DNA of 64,000 nt from Octopus vulgaris (lineage: Eukaryota): NCBI GenBank assembly GCA_951406725.2, contig OX597820.1:89776001-89840000 (forward strand). Reading direction: 5' to 3'. The translations under genes and the position numbers were made by a program. Shown in pieces: positions 14,001 through 27,469 of the stretch. Each line of letters starts with the position of its first letter. Positions within the stretch are counted from its first letter, which is position 1. The notes below the pieces were generated by a model. The model did not search any database, was not told the origin of the DNA, and saw only the letters and a program-made list of their open reading frames with translations.

Positions 14001-17000
14001 GTCAAGACGTAGAGCGCGATTCGATTGTAAGATATTTTAATAGTTGAACGATATTTCAACAGTACGTACGTCTGTCTTTGTCAAGTTCAAAATAAGATGT
14101 GATAAAAATTCAAAATTACAAAAATTTAAACGTAAAGTATGAACGAGAGCAACCAGCGTCCACACGTTGATGGAATGGCATCATTAGTTTTTGAGTTACA
14201 ATTTTATAACAGGCGAAAAGAAAAAGACAGAAAAAAGAAGACGACCGAAAAATGGAAAGAAAAAGAGAGAAAGAAGAATATTTAAGAAGAATATTAAATC
14301 AAACAGTTTTGTATAAATTTGATGATTTTTCCTGTCATCTTGTTCATTCTTCCAGGGCGTGGTGTTAATAACCTGCAAACATATGCACTTTCAAGTCTTC
14401 TTCAAAATTGCAGCCGCTTGAAATGAAATGTTCAGCAAGTTCTGTCGAACTACTGTTATTGTGCCCGACGTCGAATCTGTACCCATTAAACCTTTTGTTT
14501 AATTGTTCTGTTGTACAACCAGCATAAATTAAGTTGTGTTTCATGCATCCTGCAGTGTACAATAACTGGGAATCATTATATGTTCCACCTTCTGTATAAA
14601 TCATAACATTTCTGTTATGATTTCTGATGGAATTCACTTCACTTATGTTGTTGCCCAATTAACAGGGTTTACTTCTCTGTTCTTTAAGGTACAGCGTGCA
14701 GATACTCCAATGTTCGTTTCCTTGGAGTCAGATATAGAGGTCAATAATTCTCTTATATTCTTCTTTCGTCTAAAGGCTACAATAGGCGGCTGAGGAAATA
14801 TCTGTTTGAAACGAGGATATTTTTTCGCCACATGCTGGTAACTTTCATGCAATTCTTTTGAAATACCAGCGAAATGTCGGTAGCAGCTAATCACTAAAGG
14901 AATTCTGTCATCTATTATACTGTGTTTGCTAAAATTATGCGTGTAGGTTTGACTATCTTTGCTAATCTTAGCTATTTCATTTGCTATTTCCTTTAATCGA
15001 GATTCACTGTAACTGCGTTTGACATAATGGCATAGAAAAGCATTTGCATGTTTCTAGTAATCCCCTATGTCAGTACAAATCCGTTTTATCCTAGAAAAGT
15101 TGTGATTTCAGATTTGACTGAATAAGATGATGCGGATGATCGGAGTGGCTGTGGAGATAAATATGGGATGACGTGGGCTTGCATAATAACTCTGTCACTA
15201 TTCTGCCTCCAGAAAACTTGACTTTTGTGTCCAAAAATTCAATGCTAGTTTTTGAAAAACTAGACGTAAATTTTATGTTGGACTTAAAGCCATAGTTTCT
15301 AGCATAACAATCACAGAAGTGCAAGAATTCCATTAAAATATCCTCTGATCCTTCCCAGACAAAATATACGTCGTCAAGGAACCGTAACCAGAGTATTGGT
15401 TCATGACCATGAAGGGATTTGAATGTCTTCAGTAATTGTGTCCCGAATTTCGACATGAAGACATTAGCGAAATTCAGCTGCCATGGGGGTACCCATGGTG
15501 CAACCCTTCGTCTGGTGGTAACATTTTTGTCTAAACTTCTTTGTGTTACTTTCCAACAGAAACCTCAATAATCTACAGAGAAAATTTGATGGAATACTTT
15601 TGTTTGACCGCTTTTGGAAGGCATCCATGCATGGTTCCACCTCTTCATTGTGGTCAATATCGGGATATAAGGAAGAAAAACCCATGGTTATCAAAAAATA
15701 GTTCTCAATATGGCCTCGGTGCTTAATAAAGCTATTGATTTTAGAAACAAAATCAAAGGCATCCATCTTTCATTTATTTATCAGATAGATTATATTTCTT
15801 AATAGTTAGCCATTTGTAAAGTAGGGTGTTTTTAGATCATTTCTAAATATTATTTCATCGAATGCCCCTCCAGTTGTCGGCTCCTGAGTCACTATGTATG
15901 CAAGAACAAAGAGTCCATAAGAGACACAAACAATATTAGAAATTGCTAAAAAAAAAAAAAAAATTGACAAGTCAGTCAGTCACCGGCTGACACTCGCTGA
16001 CAATACACCGAAGACGCCAGAAAACAGAAGAAAGAAGACATACACCCAACACCAGAGCTGAAGACACCTCCGAAAGTGGGTGGGGCGCCACGTCAAAACG
16101 GTAGAGGAGTAGGGGCCGAAACAGGACGTGCTTCCTCCTGATGATGTCTTGAGCTAACTGGATCCTATAAAGGAGCTGTTGTGGTAGCAGACCACGAAGC
16201 ACGGTTGTAATTCCATAACGTCCGGTTCATATATGATTATTATTAAGTCTTAAATTTGTATTTTAGTGATGAATGTGTGAATTGGTAATAATGGTAAAGA
16301 TAGGTCTAGGATAGTTTGATGGCTATCAAGAAATTCAGTGTTAGTGAGGAGTGGAAAATTAGTTTCTGATCCACCATCGCACCACAAACCATCAGTCATA
16401 AACACAAATCAACTAGAGCATCCACAATTGTTCATATTCTTAAGTTTCACTAGCTAGGTTTGATTCCCAATGACTAACGTTTCATTCAGAACAGAAGATA
16501 CTTCAGTTACCTATTATCGATTCTCTACGAAGCTCAGGCAAGGCCAATAATGGATTGTACCTCTCACAATAAGAAGAGTTTTTGTACTGATTACATCTAC
16601 ATCCTTGATTTCATCAATGAAAGAAACATCCAACCAACTGGCGTATAGTCCCTCAGGGTCACCTGCAGGCGTGTTTTCTCGTCTCTCATCCTTTACCTTC
16701 TGTACGGTTGGTATAACTGACCGGTTCCTCTGAAGTAGCTCCACAGAGGCATTCCCTTCTCTTTCATCTCTCATACTTCCTTCGTCCTTGTTATATACAA
16801 AACTTAAGCTTTAATCATTACTCCGAATTTTGCCTTCCAAGAATTTCGGATCTTTGTTATTTCTTTCCTGATCATGGTTTCCCAACAGGTATTCCCTTAC
16901 ATGTATTCAAGATGTATGACATTAATGACATCAATTTGATCGATGTAGAATGCGCTTCAACATTTTCTTTACACTAGTCATAGGCAAACTGCAGATCGGG

Positions 17001-17170
17001 TAACTTCCTGAACAGCACGACAAACAAAAAGTACCTTGAAATGTTTCGTAGTGCGGCCCGCTTGATAATGAGCTGTGTCTCAAACAGCTAGCTTCTAGAA
17101 AAAAGATTGACCATGTCCGTTTTGTTCCTAAACTTGTCTAAAGTCTATATACATGAATATGTCGGAAACT
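14001..17170 (-). mobile_element. Degenerate Penelope-like retroelement (RT + GIY-YIG endonuclease) with terminal pLTR-like segment
   Basis: Minus-strand ORF fragments: FSSLYPDIDH, QTKGCTMGTPMA, WLRFLDDVYFVW, IEFLD, KPTSSHIYLHSHSDHP, PPIVAFRRKKNIRELL, IYAGCTTEQLNKRFNGYRFD...LAEHF. Extent beyond ~15800 is less certain. Confidence 0.85.
14044..14090 (-). ncRNA. Minimal hammerhead-ribozyme-like motif in Penelope pLTR (variant core)
   Basis: Minus strand reads TTGAAC-TTGACAAA-GACAG-acgtacgta-CTGTT-GAAA-TATC-GTTCAA: perfect 6-bp stem I, 5-bp stem II, GAAA, palindromic ATAT stem III. Core deviates from CUGANGA. Confidence 0.55.
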
Positions 17171-19936
17171 TGTTTTAAAGAAAGTGTGTTTAACGTTGGT
17201 TACAATACATTTTGGATGCTAGAATACAACATTGTCAGTCACTTTGCTAACAAAGGGATTGCTTTCCAGTTCTACTTGGTGTGCATGAAATAACAGGTAA
17301 GTCTGCTTTAAATCACATCTTATCATCCTAAAACCAATGAAGGGCACATTAGTAAATACATTGCAATATTAGTGCATATGAAAGATGGGCTTGTTACTAC
17401 TCTACTAACTGTTAATAGAATCTCTTCGAACAGAGATGACTAATGACTAAATAACAACAGTACCAAAGAAAAAAGAAAAGAAAAAGTAATCGAAAGAACC
17501 ATCCTTATTAATGGATGGCTCAACCAGATTTTATCTCATAATACAAGCTTTGCCTTTACACCACCCAGCTCCAGTCATAGTATAGTGTTGTTACCCTCGT
17601 CGATCTTGTAGATATTTACCCTCCACTAGAATTGAAAAGCCTTCAAAAACCACTGATGAGGTTAATTATAATGAAACATGTCCCCAGTTGGCACCATACA
17701 TATATCAACGATTAGTCTTTATAACTTTTTTCTCACGTTACAATTTTTATATTCCTACGTAGATAATTAAAACTTTTATTAATTGAAATATATTATGTAG
17801 ATTTAATTAACATTTAATTAAAGTCATAGCTTCTATTCATTTTAAATGCAATTTTTAATAATTGAGATTCCAGTGAGATTCTCAACACTAAGTACATTAC
17901 TACTCAATGAATTATAATTTGTAATAGCTTCTACTAGCCTTGGCATGGCCTACATGTATAATCAAAGCGTTAACGCTTCTCCAATTACTTAGCAGGAAAT
18001 CTAATTCCAGCAATATTATGTTTAAAGTGAAGTCGACAGAATCTATTGTTTAAAAAAACCGATGAAAGACAGTATGTGCGAAACGTCATAGGTAATGGAC
18101 ATTCAAAGTCCTTCGATGATTTTATTGCTCTTGCTGTTGATGTTTAGCCTGAGTGGACCATCTTTTTTGTAGACGATAGATCTAAACTTTAACGTTTTGA
18201 CTAGCCTGACATTTTTACAGTCATTCTATACTTAAATCGACATCTTTTTAGTATTCTAAGGATATATTATAGAAAACAATAAGATTGGAATTTCGAAGTG
18301 ATCTGGCCACTATTGCTCAACGGTCGAATAACCAAGAAGAGGCTTTCTTTTGGGGATAATCTGAAAGCTACTGAAATATATTAGAGAATCTGAATATTTT
18401 CTCAGAAGCTATTTCGAAAAATACCTCTTCTATCATTTATTTCTCCCCAAATGTTTCTACTTTGCTTTTTTTTATATACATTTAGTTTTTTCCATACACA
18501 ACATGGATACTTGAAAAAATTCTCATTAAAATGTAAATTTAGAATCAAGCTTTAAAGCTGAAAGAGAAATTCAACATTCTTATTATTGCCTATCTAATTT
18601 ATTTATGATTCATCGGAACCTCACTAGAAACTCTTCAGAGATTTTACAGTTAATAGATTTTAAGAAAAGAAAGAAAAAAAAAACTATAAACCAAAATTTC
18701 TTTTGAATATTTAAAACTATAACAGTTTTCAATACTAACGATACAGAAAGCGATATTTAGAAAACAAATTTAGCTACAACAAAAAATACTTGCATAATTG
18801 AATAGATTTTGTTTCCAGTTTTGTTTTAGAAATTTCATTCATTAAAAACTAAAAATTCATTAAAGAGAATATTGATAAGGAGAAAGCTCGACATATACAA
18901 TTAGGCTAGCAGAGGCTGCACTTTAATATACACTTAAAATAGCATTGATATTTTGATATGTGATATAGACATATTTCCATTAAGTGTACTATTAAAAATA
19001 AACAATATTTCAGACAAAGAAATCAGGAGTTGACAACTTATATCCTAGCATAAGCTCAACATAGCATTTAAGACTAAGTATCTTAACATGACAATACATA
19101 TATCTAATATACAATTCTGTATTTGTTTACAGTATCAGCCCAGAAAACATAATGAGCACTTCATTGGTTCACATATTACTTTGGTTTAATTACTGTCAGG
19201 AAAAAGTACCTACAAGAGAAAATTAAAGGCCGTATCTAGTTGGAGATCGAACGCTATTCTGCTTAGTGTTTCAAACTCAAGCGTTAATAATCGGCTATGT
19301 CGATCTTTCTAATTTTGAAAATTACTAGCTGTTTAAACAAATGTATGACAGGTGTAGGGCAGCAGAATTAAAAGCAAATATTCGTTACAAGTACTTATTC
19401 ACAGGCCATGAATTCAAAGAAATAGTACTTTAAATAGTTCACTTACGAATGACATTCACAAACGAAAATCTACCTGCCATGTTTCACGTAGTGTTAAGAG
19501 ATTCCACCAAACTACGAAAATAAAGACAACGCTTATTGGTGTAGAGAGGAACCAATAGAGATTAAAAGCATCTAACCGTAATTATATAGTAAAAATATAT
19601 GAATTTATCAATACATAATTTTGTTAAGAATTTCAATGACTGCAAGACAGAAATGATACATTCTTTAACTGTATGTACCTTTTAATATTTCGGACCCAGA
19701 TGATACAAAATAAAGTTGTCCTCGGTGAAATTTGAACTTGAAATATAAAGATCCAGAAGAAATACGGCGGAATATTTTTTTCAATTGCCTAGTCCTTGTG
19801 CACAAGACGGGTTTATACTAATCCAAAAGCAATACATACATTCGTCCGTCCGTCAGTCAACCCGCCCTTCCTCATTTCTCCCACCTGTCCACGCATACGT
19901 ACTGCCGCCATTGGTAAAACCTGACCATATATATGA

Positions 19937-20247
19937 GGAGGCGCCATAGCCTAGTGGTTAGGGCAGCGGACTCGCGGTAGTAGGATCGCAGTTTCGATTC
20001 CCAGACCGGGCGTTGTGAGTGTTTATTGAGTGAAAACACCTAAAGCTCCACAAGCCTCCGGCAGGGGATGGTGGCGATCCCCGCTGTACTCTTTCGCCAC
20101 AACTTTCTCTCACTCTTTCTTCTGTTGGCTTGCTCGCTTAGCCAGAGGGTTGGCGTCATTTAAAGGCTAAAACAATGCGAAGCGCATTGTGACCAGCGAT
20201 GTGTAGCAACATCTGATAGCCTGGTCGGTCATGGTGATCACGGTGAT
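19937..20247 (+). mobile_element. tRNA-derived SINE family S3
   Basis: Head ggcgccatagcctagtggttagggcagcggactcgc with A-box and gtttcgattccc B-box; the body is not tRNA; ends in a (TA)n tail. Confidence 0.8.
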
Positions 20248-20351
20248 ATATATATATATACATCCATAAACATCTATTTATGTATGTATGTATCTATCTA
20301 TCTATATGCATGTATGTAGGTGTGCGTGTGGGTAGGTATATATATATATGT

Positions 20352-20752
20352 AAGAAGTTTGAAAACACCACTATATAAGATAAATTTTAATTTTTTTAGA
20401 GATTTTACATGTTTCGGTTCTTCTTGAAAAAACGAACATTATCAAAAATATTTTAAAAGTTAACTGTAATAAAACAAAGTTTATAATTTGTTCTTACTAG
20501 TCTCAATAGAGTCCACGATTTCCACAATTACAGCCAACGAATCTAGTCAACGCACAAGGCAGCCATTATGCCCCCCCCCCAAAAAAAAACATTACCACGT
20601 GGACTCTGTTGAGACTAGTAAGACACAATTATGAACTTTATTATTACACTTAACTTTTTAAAATTTTTTGATAAGGTTCGTTTTTTCAAGAAGAACCGAA
20701 ATCTTCAGGAAAATTGAAATTCATCTTATATAGTGGTGTTTTCAAACTTCTT
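20352..20752. repeat. Inverted-repeat element, ~160-bp arms, ~80-bp spacer, pLTR-like
   Basis: aagaagtttgaaaacaccactatataagat...ttcggttcttcttgaaaaaacgaac...cttactagtctcaatagagtccacg is mirrored by cgtggactctgttgagactagtaag...gttcgttttttcaagaagaaccgaa...atcttatatagtggtgttttcaaacttctt. Confidence 0.85.
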
Positions 20753-20790
20753 TTTTATAAATATATACCCGCTCTTATGCCACCTACATT

Positions 20791-21140
<350 letters not shown>

Positions 21141-21179
21141 GAAGGTTGAAAAGTAACACACGTGTTGATATGTAGAACG

Positions 21180-21735
21180 AACAGAAGACAAGGTAGAAAA
21201 TGCTAAACTAATTTTATCATGAAATACATTTTGTAAAGGTTAGTACCGGTTTCAGCCTTTTTCGACTTTTTCATCTAAGAGGAAAACAAGATAAAGAATT
21301 AAATTGGAGAAAAATTTAATTAAATGTTCTGGAAATATTTCCATAGTCTTCAAATAGTACTTTTTCCTTATTCCTCTCACCCTCTATTTTCCTTTGGAAA
21401 GGCTCGGTAGGTTATAGCAGATCTGAAAAAATAATACTTATGAGTACAGAGAAATATTTGGTTCTGTAGTTCGATGGTTTGAGCAGCAGCAGTAGCATCC
21501 GAGAAAGGAGACGGCAAAGAAGGAGGAGAAGGAGAAGGCGAAGAATAAGAAGATCCAGGAGAAGAAAAAAGGGGAAGGAGGAGAAAGAAAATAATTTTTT
21601 CTTCAATTTAATTGTTTTTCTTGTTTTACTCCTAGTTTTAAAAAGTCGAAAAGAATGGAATCGGTACTAATCTTTACATAATGTATTTCATGATAAAATT
21701 ATTTTTGCGTTTTTTACTTTGTCTTATTTTACTTG
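21180..21735. repeat. Diverged inverted-repeat element, ~140-bp arms, pLTR-like
   Basis: taattttatcatgaaatacattttgtaaaggttagtaccggtttc...ttttcgactttttc...aattaaattggagaaaaatt is mirrored at ~21590-21735 by ttcttcaatttaatt...aaaaagtcgaaaa...ggaatcggtactaatctttacataatgtatttcatgataaaatta. Confidence 0.75.
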
Positions 21736-21931
21736 TATATTTATATATATATATATACATACATACAGATATATATGCATATATATATACATATATAGAT
21801 ATATTTATATATATATACATACGTATACATATGCGTATATATATGCATATATATACACTTATATGTTTATATATATAGACACGTATATGTATATATATAC
21901 ATATATATATACATGCATATATATGTATGTG

Positions 21932-21969
<38 letters not shown>

Positions 21970-22175
21970 TTCAAGGATATAAATAACCCTTAGAAGGATG
22001 TCAGCATCCGATTTCTCCGGTTTTATACATTGTATCACTGAAGTACTAAAATATATGAATTAATTAGTTGGACATAGAAACAATTGTTGATTCTATGAGC
22101 TTGATATTGTTAGAAATTGGATTTCTTTAAATAAATTGATGTCCATATATGTATTTCTCCTTTTCTTCTTTTTCT

Positions 22176-22232
<57 letters not shown>

Positions 22233-23954
22233 GTATACACACATGCACACACATATTGATACACTTACAAATATATATTTTATGCGGGTTTTTTTCTGAG
22301 TATTTATATGTCCATGGATTATAAGTAAAATAATGAACAAAAACCGAATGCCCCATTATTGTCCTGACCGACATTCAATATTTTGTTTCCATGCACTTTA
22401 CGAGAAGATAGCTTAAGGTAATCTAGTAAGAACTGAAATATCCTGACTTTATAGTTTACTAATGCATAATTACAGCTAAAGAGGCATTTAGGTTTGCGTG
22501 GGATACAGAAATTTTTACAGCAGGTGGCAGAATACAGACCAACGACTGTAAGTCTATCACTCCCAGCTCATTTATTTTTCGAAACATTTACAAGAAAGAA
22601 ACAACATAAAGTTACAATTTCATTCTGTCCATTGGGGAAGATTTATATGTTTTTATATATGTCATATGTTCTGATATCTTGCAAAATCGCTAAAAAAGTA
22701 CAAGCCACATTTTAGCAGGAACAACTTAAACATTTAATTCACAAGGAACAAAATACATTATAAAACAGTTACATCGGCTGGCAACGTGTAGGTTAAAATT
22801 TAAATATTTGTTTTGATTAATTTGGTACGAGAAATTAAGTTGTTCATTTTTTCTGACCTCTGCTCTTTGCTCAAGGATGTTGCTAAGGAAAAACCCCAAC
22901 CCCAAGCAACAACAAAAAATAACAACTAAAACAAAAATCAAAAATACAGATAAAGAAACCACCACAAAACATAGCATTTTATGTTCGTGAAATTTGAATG
23001 AAAGTCAATTTTGAAATACAAATACATGTTTGAAAAACCGAAGTGATTTGACAAATTTAAAAGAAACAATTTTTACAATATTACATTTTTGTAGCTATTG
23101 ACTGGCTTCAGTAAAGATATGAAGAACACATTTTTCTGAATTAATATATACTAAAATATTCACAAATGGTTAACTGAATCGATTATCCATCGAACAATGA
23201 GCCGAGTGATCGTCGGTTTATATGTTGTATTTTATCTTACATAGCGCCCGTAGTCAATACACTCAACTCTCTACAACTGAATACATCAAGTAGTTAAATT
23301 TGTTAAATTTCTGCTAACGTATACATTAATGTAGTGACTAAAAGAAAAAAATGAGTCGATTAAATTTTCACTTGTAGTCAGGAGAAAAAAATATATACTG
23401 GTAAAAAGAAAACAAGAGAAATAAAGCAAAAAGGAATAACAACTAAATAAAACAGTTGAATGATTAATTCAAAAAGATAAGAGAGAAAACACCGAAATTA
23501 AAAGCAAGTGAAATTTAACCACTGAGTACAGGAAAGTCAGCCTGACTAATTGGCATGAAGATGCACATCAAATTATTTCAGTCTCTGTCTTTTCTACGAC
23601 TACAACGGATTCTTATCTTCGGAGCTGACTTTTCTATGACTGCCTCCACTCAGTAAATCCTGCGAATAATTTTCTCTTTCTCTGGTTAGTCATATATTTC
23701 TACCTCCACCAAACTCCGTATTCACTGTCACTCTTGGAACATGAGCACTCGAGAATTCGTTTTTGCACGTTTTCTTTTTCTTTATTCATCAATTTGCTCT
23801 CTTTTCAACAGGAACATTACATGTGTTGTGCGAACGGTGTTGAACTTGGTGCATAATCTAATTTTAGATTAAATTCCAAAAAATGGAAGCTCTAAAAAAA
23901 CGTACAAAAATATGTTCTTTGGTGTTGAATGAGTGAATATACAAAATGAAAAGT

Positions 23955-24176
23955 AAGGCGGCGAGCTGGTAGAAACGTTAGCACGTCGGGCGAAATTCGT
24001 AGCCGTATTTCGTCTGTCGTTGCGTTCCGAGTTCAAATTCCGCCGAGGTCGACTTTGCCTTTCATCCTTTCGGGGTCGATAAATTAAGTACCAGTTACGC
24101 ACTGGGGTTGATGTAATCGACTTAATTCCTTTGTCTGTCCCCTCTGTGTTTAGCCCCCTGTGGGTAGTAAAGAAAT
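23955..24176 (+). mobile_element. tRNA-derived SINE family S2, monomer with 17-bp target-site duplication
   Basis: A/B-box head plus core gcctttcatcctttcggggtcgataaattaagtaccag. TSD atatacaaaatgaaaag at 23937-23953 and 24177-24193. Confidence 0.9.
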
Positions 24177-24229
24177 ATATACAAAATGAAAAGGAAACAT
24201 TCTATAGGTTCTTGAAACAGCTTTTGTAC

Positions 24230-25760
24230 TTCTATATTTTATCTAGACTACCCGTTTTAAACATCCATCACTATCCCTTACTATCTCACATGATCCCACA
24301 CTATTCCTCACTATGTTCCCCCCGCACAAACACACACACATAGACACACATACACTATCTCTCTCCATCAATATCTCTCACTAGCTCTGAATATCCCTCA
24401 GTATCTATCACCAATCGCCACTATCCCTAACAAACCCTCTCTATCATTTACTACCGTACACTGTCCAACACCATTTCTCACTATCCCACAATCTCTCACG
24501 ATCAGGCGCTAGCCAATAATATCCGTCCCTACCTCTCCCTAATTCTCACTATTCTATACTATCACACTATCTCTTACTATCTCAGTATATGCCGCACTAT
24601 CTTACCGTTTTGCTTATTACCATCCTTCACAAGCTGACTATCACCCTACTATCTCTCATTATCCTGCTCTGTTTCGCATTATTCTTCACTATCCTAAACT
24701 CTCATTTTCTCTCAATATCCCACACAATCTAACCTATTCCTCAAAATTCCTTACTCTCTCACCCTATCCCACATTATTCCTATCCTACCCTGTTCTATGC
24801 TACCCAGCACTATCTTACAATATCCCATACTATGCCATATTATCTACCACTATCCTCACTATCGAGCTCTAAACTTCACCGACCTTTACCGTTACTCATT
24901 ATACCACAATATCCCTCACTATCACCCGCCGTCCTATACTTACTCTCGTTAAACTTTGTTATCGCTTCCCACATTGCTTTTTACTATCCTTCACTGTCAC
25001 ACACTATTCCTCACTATCCCACACACTATCAATATTCCTGACTCTCACACATTATCCCTGTCCATCACTCACACTCACTATCTTAATCTGTCCGTAATCT
25101 AACTCTTTCCCACGTTATTTCTCACTGAATCACCCTCATATTTTATCCCACACCGACCCACATTATATCTCACTGTCACACACCATCACTCATTATTACA
25201 CAGTACCCCGTACAATCTCACAGAGTCCCTCATTATCCTTCACTATTCCATATTATCCTTTATTATCTCTCGGCCCCATATTGTTCTTCCTTACTGTCTG
25301 TCGCTATCACTCACTACCACTCTTTTGTACTTCACTGTTATGTGAACCATAAATAAATAAAATGCAACTGCTTTCTATATTTTATCTAGACTACCCGTTT
25401 TAAATATCCATCACTATCCCTTACTATCTCACACTACCACACACTATTTGTCAACATGACTCAGTATCCCACACTTTCCCTCACTACCACACACTATACA
25501 CCTTATCGCTCACTATCACTCACTATCCAACACTATTGCTAATTAAACCACGCTATCCTATTCTATCCCACATTGTATCTCACTAACCCTCACTATTATC
25601 ACTTACTATTCGTCGTATTCTACTCAGTCTAAACTATTCCGTATTATTCTATACTATGTATAACTATACGACGACATCCCTCAGAATCCCACAATAATTC
25701 CCTCTATCCCTCAGTAACCCACATTATCACGTAGTATCCTTTAAGGTTCAATGCCATCAC
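24230..25760. repeat. Degenerate ~10-bp minisatellite (consensus ~CACTATCCCT) in two blocks sharing a common head
   Basis: Many cactatcc/cactatct/cattatcc variants with ~10-bp periodicity. Head ttctatattttatctagactacccgttttaaa.atccatcactatcccttactatctcaca is present at ~24230 and ~25373. Confidence 0.8.
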
Positions 25761-26613
25761 ACACTCTAACTTACATATCATAACCGATATATTTACAATA
25801 GATGTTTACTTCTAATAGTCGGATTAATTTTAAGAAAGTGTTATTTCTTCTTTAGTTATCTTATTTCATGATATTTCCTATGTTCTTATCTACTTCTAAA
25901 ATATTTATAGCATTATCTGTTAATCTGTGTAATGATGTTCTGTTCTGGTAATTATGTTCTATTACATACCACTATTATTAGTCATCTGTTCAATCTCAAA
26001 ACTTGAAAATCTCAAACCAAATTTAATTTGAATGCTTCAACTTGTACGTTGACAAAATAAATAAGAATTACAGTAATTTTCTGACCGGCAAGATACAGTA
26101 AATTGTCAAAACACTTCAGAAACACGTAATTACTTTCAAGAACACCAAATGATTGTGGTTGATGCTGCTGTTTTTGTTTGGTTGTTTAGCAATATCTGCA
26201 GTTTGAGCGAATTGAGTTAGGATAAGAGGTGCTACACCCGTAGATCTTCACGTATTTTCCTAAAGGGTAAATGCGTATTTTTTTAGATACAAGAGTGCTG
26301 GATTGTCGCTATTATCGATAGCATATCAAGCAACAACATTGACACCTTTTCATGTTGGCTGAATTATCACCATGTAGGTAGACTTTCCAGAAGTTATGTT
26401 ATATATTCTTGACTTTTAGAGAAAAAAGAATGGTTTGTAAGAAAGTACCTTATTCAAAAGCTCAAAGAAAACACTTACATGGGAGTACTACTGATGAAAA
26501 TTAAGCTAATAGTGTAGACTAACGCACTGGGTTGCCAATTACACCAATGACCTATAGCAAGGTAAGAGTTTGTTATTGCTGGCCGGTTGAGCAATTATAT
26601 GTAAGTAGGAGTA

Positions 26614-26787
26614 AGGCGCAGGAGTGGCTGTGTGATAGGTAGTTTGTTTACCAATCACATGGTTCCGGGTTCAGTTCCACTGCGTGACACCTTGCGCAGG
26701 TGTAATCTACTATAGCTTCGGGCCTACCAAAGCCTTGTGAGTGGATTTGGTTGACAGAAACTAAAAGAAGCCTGTCGTTTATATGAG

Positions 26788-26879
<92 letters not shown>

Positions 26880-27078
26880 TGTGTCTATGTTTGTCCACCT
26901 AACATCACTTGATAACCGATACTGGTGTGTTTGCGTCTCCGTAACTTAGTAGTTCGGCAAAAGAGACCGATAGAATAAGTACTAGGCTTACAAAGAATAA
27001 GTCCTGGGGTCGATTTGCTAGACTAAAGGTGATGCTCCAGCATGGCGCAATCAAGTGACTGAAACAAGTAAAAGAGTA
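26614..27078 (+). mobile_element. tRNA-derived SINE family S1 with internal (TA)n(TG)n
   Basis: ggcgcaggagtggctgtgtg head, ggttccgggttcagttcc B-box, tail ctccagcatggcgcaatcaagtgactgaaacaagtaaaagag. Confidence 0.9.
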
Positions 27079-27085
27079 AGCATAT

Positions 27086-27304
27086 TACGAGGGCGTGCGG
27101 AAAAGTTCCTGGCTTTGGGTACAAGAAAATACAGGTGGATCAGTTAGTTATGATATTATTTAACATATTCCTCTCTCACAATCACACTTATTGCAGCAGT
27201 CTTTCAATTTCCCAAAGCCCTGTAAGAGAACTGGGAAAGTTGGGCTTCAAGCTAGGAATTTCGTGATGCCCTTAAAGCTAAGGACCTTTTAGGATTCCCT
27301 AGTA
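27086..27304. mobile_element. Tc1/mariner-type MITE
   Basis: TA-flanked imperfect TIRs TACGAGGGCGTGCGGAAAAGTTCCTGGCTTT ... AAAGCTAAGGACCTTTTAGGATTCCCTAGTA. Confidence 0.7.
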
Positions 27305-27469
27305 CAGTGCTACAATGACAGGATACTGTCTAACTCCTAAATACATCATATCTCAAAAATGAACACATGGCTTGAATGTTAAATATTAAAAGTAATACTC
27401 TTTATTCTGATCTGGCAGATATCCTTAGAAAGAAAAAAGGGAATGTTTTTATCAGATTCGAAATAACGT

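Noticed and set aside
16055-16150. CTGAAGA / GAAA / CTGATGA words suggesting a hammerhead
   Set aside because: The required stems cannot be formed in the correct order.
17270-17302. 27-nt micro-exon candidate (ttccag...cag|gtaagt)
   Set aside because: It appears to lie in an old interspersed repeat ending in taaataacaac; the splice-like signals are probably incidental.
19937-20010. Possible tRNA genes at SINE heads (also 23955, 26614, 27472, 61080)
   Set aside because: A/B boxes are present, but I see no complete cloverleaf or terminator and each continues into a SINE-like body.
24230-25760. CRISPR-like or telomeric array
   Set aside because: No identical repeats with unique spacers and no TTAGGG units; it is a degenerate decamer satellite in eukaryotic DNA.
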